From Calcarisporiella thermophila CBS 279.70 (lineage: Eukaryota > Fungi > Calcarisporiellomycota), in NCBI RefSeq assembly GCF_041956535.1, contig NW_027192195.1, positions 412,150 through 476,149 of the forward strand: a stretch of DNA of 64,000 nucleotides, given 5' to 3'. This document shows, in pieces, positions 55,133 to 64,000 of this stretch. Below the pieces are notes generated by a model that had not been told where the DNA came from, searched no databases, and saw nothing but the letters and a program-made list of their open reading frames with translations. Position numbers and translations under genes: made by a program. Within the stretch, counting starts at the first letter, position 1; each line of letters begins with the position of its first letter.

Positions 55133-55876
55133 CGAACGAATAGAGCATGGATCTAGTTATTTATTCGAATAGCATCAATTTCTAATTTCTGGGTTGTCGT
55201 TGCTATTTCTTACATTGTTCGTTGTTTTTTTTGCTTTTTTCCTAAACGATCTTCAGGTTTGTCATTTGCGGTTTCTTTTATTGTCTATTATTTTCTTCTT
55301 GTGTTTTTGTTTCATTATTCCCTGATATCTCGTTTTACGTTGTGTGTCCACCCCTTGTATTTATTCACCCGTCTTTTCTAAAGCGCACTTAAGAGATTTC
55401 TGAAATCCCAAAAGTTACATAAACATCGTCCTGAGACATGTCATTTGAGCAGGGAGGGGCAGAGACTGGCTGAACTGGGGAAAGCAGGGAAAGGCGGCCC
55501 GCCAAAATCGAGCGCCTGGAGGGCGGGCGGGTGGTCAGGGGCGCAAAAAGCGAAGTAGGATGAGTGGCGTGAAACCGGGCATATTGTGTTGATGCAATAC
55601 TACGTACTTTTCAAACTCAGGGCCACACCTTGAAAAACGTGCCCTCGAGTCGTTCAATCAGTTTGGGCCAAAGCCGGGCGGTGATTGGGCGTGCGGCAGG
55701 GAGAGATTCTGGTAAAGACAAGAGGTCTTTTTTTATCATGCTCTCCGCAGGGCAGGCCTCCCGGTTCCTTCGCACACTCAGCGCTCCTTTGCATGCTGCT
55801 TTCGCCATTGCTGCTTCCCTCTTCCCTCTGGGCCCCTCTACCCGGTTTTCATTCATCGCCCTAATCCCATGGTGTC

Positions 55877-58800
55877 ATGACCTCCATTGTTCCTCTTATT
55901 TCGATGGGGCTCTTGAGGCTCTGGTTTCTGGCTCTCTTTTCGTGCTGTGTGGTGTGCTATGGTAGAGGTGAGGACGGCCATATTGGGCCCGGGGAGGGTG
56001 TAGAGCTCCGGTATGGGTGATTAACATGATGTTCTTGGTTTATGCATATACCCTAGACCATGTGTCGAAGCGTGCCCAGCGGGTTGGAGACAATATGACA
56101 CGGGTGCTGGGCGTCGGCGGGAGTTTCCCCCTTAGCATATACAACCTGTGGGCCGTCTCATACAACCAGCAGCGGAAAAATGAGGGTGTGGAGGTTCGCT
56201 ACGACGCCCGAGGCAGCGTGGCCGGAATCGAGGCCATTCTCGAGCCTGGCATCGTGGAGTTCGCTGGGAGCGAGTCCATGCTGAACGAGTCGAGCTACAC
56301 AGCCGGCGGCGATCTGCAGATGTTGCCGGTGCTTGCGGGTGCAGTCACCATTGCATATAACGTCCCCGAGATGATAAGCGCCAACTACCAACTGCAATTA
56401 TCGCGGGAGGCCATTGTTGGCATCTTTAACGGGACCATCCTCAGCTGGTCGCATCCAATGATACAACAGGCCAATCCTACATTCAAGGTATGTTACTTCA
56501 TGCGGCAACTCGAGTGTTTATTTTTTTTCCCTCCTGTCTACACATTGATTCATCATTCGTTCGACTAAACAATTTTCCATGGATGCGTTTTTTGCACCTT
56601 CACATCTGTATACGATAGCTTCCCGACCAGCCCATCCGACTGGTTGCTCGCAAGGACTCCAGTGGAACAACAAAGCTCTTCACTGCAGCGCTGTCTTCCT
56701 TTTCTCCCGACTGGGCCAGGACGATCGGCTCGAACGAGCTCCCCAAATGGCCACGCATCGACATCACGGCCCCCCTGAACAGCGGGGTTGCAAAATTCAT
56801 CTATGCGCTCAACTACTCCATCGGGTATCTGGACGACGCCGACTCCCATGAAAACGGCCTCTCCCACGCGATGGTCATCAACCGCCAGGGCCGCCCCACT
56901 TGGCCCAACAACACAAGCATCAGCAGCGCGATGAACGACTTCCAAGAGGCCCTCTACCAGTCTCCCACCTTCACCACCAGCTTGATCGATGGCCCGGGCG
57001 AGGCGTCCTACCCCATCTGTGGATTCACCTACTACATCATGCACCGGCGCAACTGGACCACCGAGGAGATCGCTCGCATGACCCTGCGCTACATCTGGTG
57101 GACCTACACCGACCCCTATGCGTTGCAGGTGGTCCAGCAGAGCCGGTTCGTGGGCCCGGTCCCCCAGATAAGAGAGCGGGTGCTCGAGATCCTGCGCACC
57201 GATTTTACGTTCGGCGGCCAACCCCTCTATGGGCGCTCGCCCTGCGACACCGGCTGTGCCAACGGAAATTGCCTTACCGACGGCGCATTTCATGCGCCCA
57301 GCGAGCAGTGCGTGTGTCCGAGCCAGTTCGAAAATGTCCTGTCCGGGGACTGCTCCGAGCCGGTGACCCCAGTGACGATTGAGTATGGATCGGTGGCGGG
57401 GGTGGTGTTCATCGTGTTGACCCTGCTTGTATTTTGTGCGGTGGCCGGGCTCATGGCCGTAATATGGCGGTTCAGGGAGCACCTGGTCGTGCGTTCCTCG
57501 AGCCCGTTGTTCATGGGACTGATGGCGCTGGGGCTGATGCTGGCGCTGACCAACGTGTTCTTCTACATGGGCCAGCTAAGTCCCTGGAAATGCATCGTGC
57601 TGCCCTATGTCTTGTCCTGTTCCTTTGGGCTGGTGTTTGGGATGCTGCTTGCAAAAACCTATCGGATATACGAGATCTTTGGTAGGTGAATGCGATGCTG
57701 CATTGGAAAGCTATGGGCTTCTGGTGGATGGTGCCGTGCGACTCACCCCCTCCCTTCTCTTTACCTTCTGATAGAAAACCCGCTGCTTATCAACAAGGCC
57801 ATCCCCGACAAGAACCTACTGATGTTTGGTGGTACGATTCTGGCGTTTGAAATCGTGAGTCTATCAACTTTTATCTGCTCTATGGGCCGAAGGGTTGACG
57901 GAAGATTGGGCTAACGATGGCCACTGATAGGTCCTCGTAACGATATGGATGGCGGTCGATTATCCGAAGCCGTCCATGATCACGACCGCTGCCGGGGAGC
58001 ATTCCCAGGTGTGCAATTCGGCCTCATCGCCCTTGCAAATCACCATGCTCACCCTGCTCTATGGATTCAATGCGCTTCTGTTGGTGTGCTGCATCTATCT
58101 TGCGTGGAAAACCCGTGGGGTCCACTCCTTCTTTAATGAGAGCCGCATCATTTCCTTCTGTGTGTATCTAGTCTCCATCCCCACGATCATCCTGCTGCCC
58201 GTCGTCTACATCCCCAATATTGGCGTTTATGCCCAGTTTTCCTTGCGCACCACCGTCGTCTTGATCTGCGTCGTGGCCACCACACTGCTCCTCTTTGTCA
58301 CTAAAGTGAGGCTCCTCCTATGGCCGCCCCGGGATCCTGAAGGGTCGACTACGTCGGGCCGTGTGTCAGACAGCTTAATGCTGTTTGAGGATCCTAACGA
58401 TCCTGCAAGTAGGTTCATCTTCTCAGAGGGCACCAGGGTAAACACTGCAACGGGCAGTTTGGCGGAGCTGCACCTTCCCACAGCAGCAACTCCCCGGGAG
58501 CAGTCTCCAAAGCAGAGTCCCGTGGACCAGCGGTGGACAAAGAACGTACAGGTAAGGGTTGGGAATGGTGGAGAGCAATTGGAGAAACTGCATGCGCTTT
58601 TAATCTCTGATCAACTCGCTAACGTCCCGATGTCCCCACCAGCTGTCTAGGTGGAATTTCCTCATGAAACGGTGCAGGCCCTTCTTTCCATGGAGACGGG
58701 TCTGCTTTATGCTGCTCAAGGAATACGATGTGCTGATGATACTACGTAGGATGCCGGATGGATCGGCTAAATGCATGCATATATTCCACGCATCCGCCCT

Positions 58801-59426
58801 CTCCTTTCATATGACAGATGATCCTTGCAGAGGGGTGTTGAAATCACAAGCGGGGACGTGGTTCCTCGAGACGAAAAGACGTGAGGATATCGCCGCATTT
58901 CTACAAATCTTTTCCGATAGAAACAGAGGGCTTGATGGAGGTAGCTGCATCGTTTTTTGTTGACTCTACCTCTTCCTCCCGCGGATTGGAACTGACCCTC
59001 GTGTCCATGCATTTTCTAGAGAACCGTCCGTTGGATGGCCAGACATCCAAGCCCTCTACTACTCCGGGAGTCACAGCGGCCGATGGCCGAGCCTCATATT
59101 CGGATCACTTTTCACCGACCTCCACCTTGAACGCCCCTTTCATGCTCTCTCAAAGTCGCGCCTCACCCTCGTCGCCCTTTATTCTAAACCGCCAATTACA
59201 GAGACTTGCCTCTGCCCCTGGCAATCTCAGCCACTCCCCCTCTTCCTCGAATCTCCAGGGATCCCCCGAGGGCTTTGGCAGCCAACGCCGCAAGAAAATG
59301 GCGGATATCTTGGAGATGGATATACTCAGTGATGATGAAGACTCTCACGGGGGAAGTAGACGCAAATCAACCGCCAACGCTCGGGCAGGTCCAGCCAACA
59401 GTAGGCCGGAATCAGAAAAGCACTAA
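55877..59426 (+). CDS. PstS phosphate-binding domain / EGF-like / class C (7tm_3) GPCR fusion with a probable C-terminal PH domain
   Basis: Seven exons (55877-55967, 56057-56487, 56619-57681, 57775-57854, 57931-58551, 58643-58940, 59020-59426) give a continuous 996-aa frame. PstS motifs: GGSFP, GSVAG, FAGSE, GAVTIAYNVP, RKDSSGTT, SIGY, SYPI. Class C 7TM motifs: RSSSPLF, LLAKTYRIYEIF, LAWKTR, FNESR. Confidence 0.9.
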
Positions 59427-60338
59427 CATCTCCGTCGTATCGAATCCCAATTAGAATAGATGTGTATATATTAGACCTAACTTTTAATTTATTTTTGTGA
59501 TATACTGCTTTTGTTGGCTTTTTTTTAAAAAAAATTTTTTTTTTAGATCTCTATTTACCTTTCCTCATTCCCTCTTCTATTTAACTCTCTAGCTATCTTA
59601 TTCATACTTTATTGGTTATTTTTTCCTATTTGACCTCTTTCTATATATCAGGCCGCACTTTCTTTTATTTCTTAATTCCCGGGATGCTGCAGCCATAATG
59701 TCTCTAGCATATTTGCCAACGGCCCACTAGGCTGTTTGGGCAACAGTGTGAATGTTTTCTGTCAAGAAATGCAGGAGGTTATTCAGGTGCTGATGCAGCA
59801 AATATCAAGAGGGCGGTCCATTTGCCGCGTTGTGCTGAATCTTTATCATGCAGCAACCAAGCCTTAGGACGGGGTCAAGCCTCCCCGGGTGGGCGAGTAG
59901 GGCGGAGAAGCCCGGAGAGGGAGATGGGAGGATTGGGCGAGAGAGCCGGCCCATGGGAGAAGGATGATGCAAGCATCTTAACAAATGCGTCCTTGACACG
60001 CTTGCTTCCCTTCCTGATTGAGTAATATTGCCCTAGCCTGCTCAACCTCATCGAAAAAAAAAAATCCAAAAATTAAACGGTGGCCGAGTCAGCTGTCACG
60101 CGCAATGAATCTCAAAAAGTTTATGTCCTCGCCCGCTTCATTTGTTGGGGAGGAACGGCAATGTTTGGTCTCAGTTTTTTCCTCTTCTCTTAGCTCTTTG
60201 TCTCCGGTATTTCCTGGCCATTAATGCTGCCATTCGGCCTTGACTAGCAGGATTGGTTCCCTTGGCTTTCTGTCGCCTGCTCCTTCTCTCCGCAAAAAGT
60301 GGACATCCCCCCCACGGACGATATTGTTGCATCTTTTT

Positions 60339-60342
<4 letters not shown>

Positions 60343-60370
<28 letters not shown>
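60343..60370. repeat. (AT)n microsatellite
   Basis: About 14 AT units roughly 180 bp upstream of the Spt23/Mga2-like ATG. Confidence 0.9.
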
Positions 60371-60374
<4 letters not shown>

Positions 60375-60549
60375 ATACGCAAGGCATTTATAGTGTTGCC
60401 ACCAAAATCGGAGCGATCCTAAACTACTCAGCCGTTAGGGAGAGATAAACAATCCCTCCCCAAATAATCAGGATCCATTGTCAGAGCATAGGGACCGTGG
60501 TTTGGATCAAGCGGGCTACGCGTTCGTTCCTGGAGGGATTCCTATATCA

Positions 60550-63500
60550 ATGGATCCCTTATCAGCATTCCTCGATGAGCACTATTCTTCCGGCGTCAAC
60601 GATGACGCCAAAACCCCACAGCTCTATGATTTAAGCGGGCCGTCTTCACCTGAAGAAAACAGCTGCGACTCTCCGACCTCCTCTGGAGAACGCCCCACCG
60701 CCAACATGACATTTCAGGGCTTCACCATGCAGTCATATGAAGAGGAGAACTTGTTTATTGAAGGGGCTAAACTAGATGCATTTTCATCATTGGATGAACG
60801 AATTCTCTATATGGAGTGCGAAGATACACGGGTGAAGGATGAGGATATAATTGGATTCGGCGAGGACGAGGACGAAGAAGAGGAGGAATTTATGGATGAC
60901 GGAAATGGGGACGGGCAAGGAACACAATATCTCTTATCGGGTTTTCCATCTAGAGTGTAAGGATATTCTTCTTTTAACTAATTTTTTTTTTGAATCTGCA
61001 CCTTCACACTGTTTCTTTCTCGTTATGACCAACACCGTAGTGTACACAAAGGCCTTATAACCCCGCCACAACAATATGAAGGCCTCTCTATTCGCGTATG
61101 CAATATCCCTCAAACAGGGGCTCGCTCACGCGTCGAAACCCAGATCAAACTGTGCCTTCAGCTAATGGATGGGGATGAGAAAGTGGTGAGAACGTGGAGT
61201 TATGTCCGACTTCCTTATGAATTGGTCTCCAAAGAAAAGACAAGAAAAACGCAAAAAAACGGTATGCCTTCATCGAAGATAAAGTTTCTCCTCCTTTACC
61301 CTTTGATTGACTTTTTTTATTGCCACCTCACTCTCTTCCGATTCAAGTGGAGATTACAGATCTCGATGAATTCACTGTGCTTAATCTGGAGGTGACGGTA
61401 GTATGCGCGAACGATCCAAACAGACGAGTTATTGCCTGTACTAGCTGTGTGAAACGTGAGGTAGCGTATTCCTGCCATATTCCCTAACCATTGGAGGCAC
61501 TTGATTAATGTGATGCCCATTCTCTCTCTCCTGTGTAGCGGAAACGATTGCAGAGGAAAAAAGATGGAAAAATCAAGAACGGCTCGATTCCTTCTTCCCC
61601 ACTTTCCTCCCCTACCACCACCACCACCACTGAGAGCGATAGCAGTAATAACATGAAGCTGAGCGACGAGCAGCTCATGCTTCTCGAACAAAATCGAATC
61701 ATCATTTTCAACTGTCCCGAGCTGGTCGAGTTCGACTCGGGAGATGCTACGATTCCGGCCAGGATAACCTGCTACTGTAGGCACCATAATGAAAAAATTG
61801 GATTTTTGTAATTATCTTTTCCTTTGAATACTCCGAGTAGTGTTCTTATCTAATTTCACTGGAGAATCTAACACGCCATATTTTCATTTGCTTACTTCGG
61901 AGTAGACTTGTTTTCTGTCTCCGCGATAGATGGGGACGAACGGTGGCGATGGGGCGCTCCCCTCCAATTATGATTACCGACGACCACAAGTCAACCAAAG
62001 CCAAGGCAAGTCGCCAACGCAACCAGCCCGATAGCCTGCCCTCTCTGTCGCGGGAGCTCTCCAAGTTTTCCGACATGAAATCACCTCAGTACTCATATCG
62101 TGATGCTCTCCCCATCTCGCCCCTATCTCCCCGCTCGGTGCTCGACGAGGAGCACACGACCTCCCCGCCCAGCACCCATCCCGGCGAGGCCAAAACATCG
62201 CCCTACTCACTAGCAGAGAGTGCTTCGCTGAGCACCCCCCTCCCAGGCAGTCGTCGTGAACGTCGTCAATCGGCTCAACAGCAGCCGCTTGGACGATCCG
62301 TTCCCTATGTGACCACCGTGGGGGAAAGCCAAAATCAGCCCTCGCAGCAAAAATCGCAGCAGACAAGCCCGCGCCAGGTGCTTGGCCAGCGTCGCCTTTC
62401 GCACCGGAAACAACAGGTTCTCTCGTTGCAGAGACGCGAGTCTGCCCCCGAGGTCACCTCGTTGTTCAATACGCAGGCGCAATTGGACTGGCGAACCACA
62501 ACACGCCCTGTTCTGCGCCGGGTGATCCCGGTGGAGGGCCCGCTTTTTGGAGGAATCGAGGTGTCTGTTTTGGGCACCGGCTTCTACGAGGGCCTTACGG
62601 TCATGTTTGGGGACATCCCCACGCTCGCCACTCAATTCTGGTCGTCGAGCGCCCTTATTTGCGTGCTGCCTCCGTCGCCTACCCCCGGCCCGGTTCAGGT
62701 GACCTTCAAGGAGTCGCCCGTGGACGAGCATGAGCAGGAGCCCGTGTACTTTGTGTATAAAGATGAGAAGATTGACTATCATCTAATGGAGCTCGCTCTC
62801 CAGTGCTTGAACATGAAGTTGACGGGCGATGTGGAGAGTGCACGAGACATAGCGTTGCGAATCGTGAACAGTGCACAGGCGGCGAATCAAGACAACAGCT
62901 CATCAGGCTTTCCTGCCTCTGGTGGCGACGCGGTGGGGCGTATCCAATTTTCAGAGAATGCGGTGCTGCGAGTGCTTGCCCATGCCGAGAGAGGCGGCCG
63001 GGGGGGTGTAGACATGTCGCTCCGGCATGCACAAACCCGACATACCATGCTGCACTTTGCAGCCCTGCTTGGGTACGCCCGCCTTACCCACCGGCTCGCC
63101 GAGCTTGGCTGCGACCTCAATGCTTGCGATCGCAGCGGCTTCACTGCGCTGCATTTTGCGGCTTGGATCGGAAACGTGGACGTGGTGAGGGCTCTGCTGG
63201 CCCATGGGGCCCGCACAGATTTGAGGGCATGCGGGCGAAGCGCAGTCGATCTCTCTCGCTCTCGTTACTTCCATGAAATTACCAGACTGTTGCGCGAGGG
63301 TTCCCTTCCCGCCCTCAACTGGTCCCTTCCAGAAAGGGAATACAGCCCGACGGAATTGCATGAAGAACAGGATGAGGATGGGGACGATTACCAGGACATG
63401 GGGGAGACCGAAGACGAGAGAATGCCAAGGGGCGAGGTGGTAGCGGAAGTAAACTCTATAGCGCCCGGCGCCGCCCGTGCCACCCCAATTCCTCCTGATG

Positions 63501-64000
63501 GAGAAGATTCTGCCACCGGCTATCTGCGCAAAAAAATCCAGCGTTTTCTGACAGCTGCGGCCTCCGTAGGCAACCATGACATCCCTTTTCTCAAAAGTTT
63601 GCCTTACCCTCACGTGCCACATGTCGCGATGCCTTCACTGGACGTCCACGAGTATATGCAATATCTACGGTATCTTGAAAATTTCATACCGCCCAAGTTT
63701 CGCCGTGTGACACCGCCCGCGCAAGACGATATCAAGTATGAATGGCAAGAGATGGGGTATCGAGATGCGGCCCCCGCTACTGCTGTCCCAGCTCCCACAG
63801 GCTCCATGACGGGCAAGGACCCATTGGCGAACATGTGGAATGAGGGAATGCCCGCCCAACCCGTGGCTTCAAAATTAGACTCTTCCTCCCCTGTGGCCCC
63901 CATTCAGCACTGGTATTGGTCCATGATAGGATACCCTGCTTGGCTTTCGGCGTCCCATCCTGTCGCCGAAGCCACGGCTGCTAAAGCGGCCGCCGCCACG
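60550..64000 (+). CDS. Spt23/Mga2-family IPT/TIG-ankyrin transcription factor (runs off the window end)
   Basis: RSRVETQIKL, ACTSCVKRE, RIIIFNC, PARITCYCRHHNEKIGF and SPPIMITDDHK; IPT domain RRVIPVEGPLFGGIEVSVLGTGF; ankyrin repeats TMLHFAA and GFTALHFAA; the final exon is open to 64000. Confidence 0.93.

Noticed and set aside
60915-60920. Possible GC-AG donor in Spt23/Mga2 intron 1
   Set aside because: A canonical GTAAGG donor at 60957 has the same phase and is the simpler explanation.

Overview
Gene-dense, intron-rich eukaryotic DNA from a fungus, most likely an early-diverging (non-Dikarya) lineage. That placement is inferred from Pus10, a class C GPCR, a PCTAIRE-type CDK5-like kinase, aminoacylase-1, glomulin/Ybp1 and short GT-AG introns with CTAAC/CTAAT branch points. 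I can support 24 protein-coding genes: Wee1/Swe1, Bud22, eS1, Pus10, Dcc1, a Bem3-like RhoGAP, an ENT transporter, Pep4, glomulin/Ybp1-like, Isu1, CreA/Mig1-like, CDK5/Pho85-like, Src1/Heh1, SARAF, an NAD(P)-binding protein, ACY1, a secreted HExxH zincin, a homeobox protein, a Crz1-like C2H2 factor, a GH36 alpha-galactosidase, a CRAL-TRIO protein, Cdc50, a PstS-GPCR fusion and a 3'-truncated Spt23/Mga2. No tRNA, rRNA, transposon or CRISPR array is supportable. The standout is a 7-exon gene (55877-59426, about 996 aa) built as signal peptide, bacterial-type PstS phosphate-binding domain with near-intact Pi ligands, EGF-like module, class C 7TM domain and a probable PH domain. It is a candidate cell-surface phosphate-sensing GPCR. 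Second is a homeodomain protein ending in the exact Groucho/TLE-recruiting tetrapeptide WRPW. Exon boundaries were read by eye and no searches were run.
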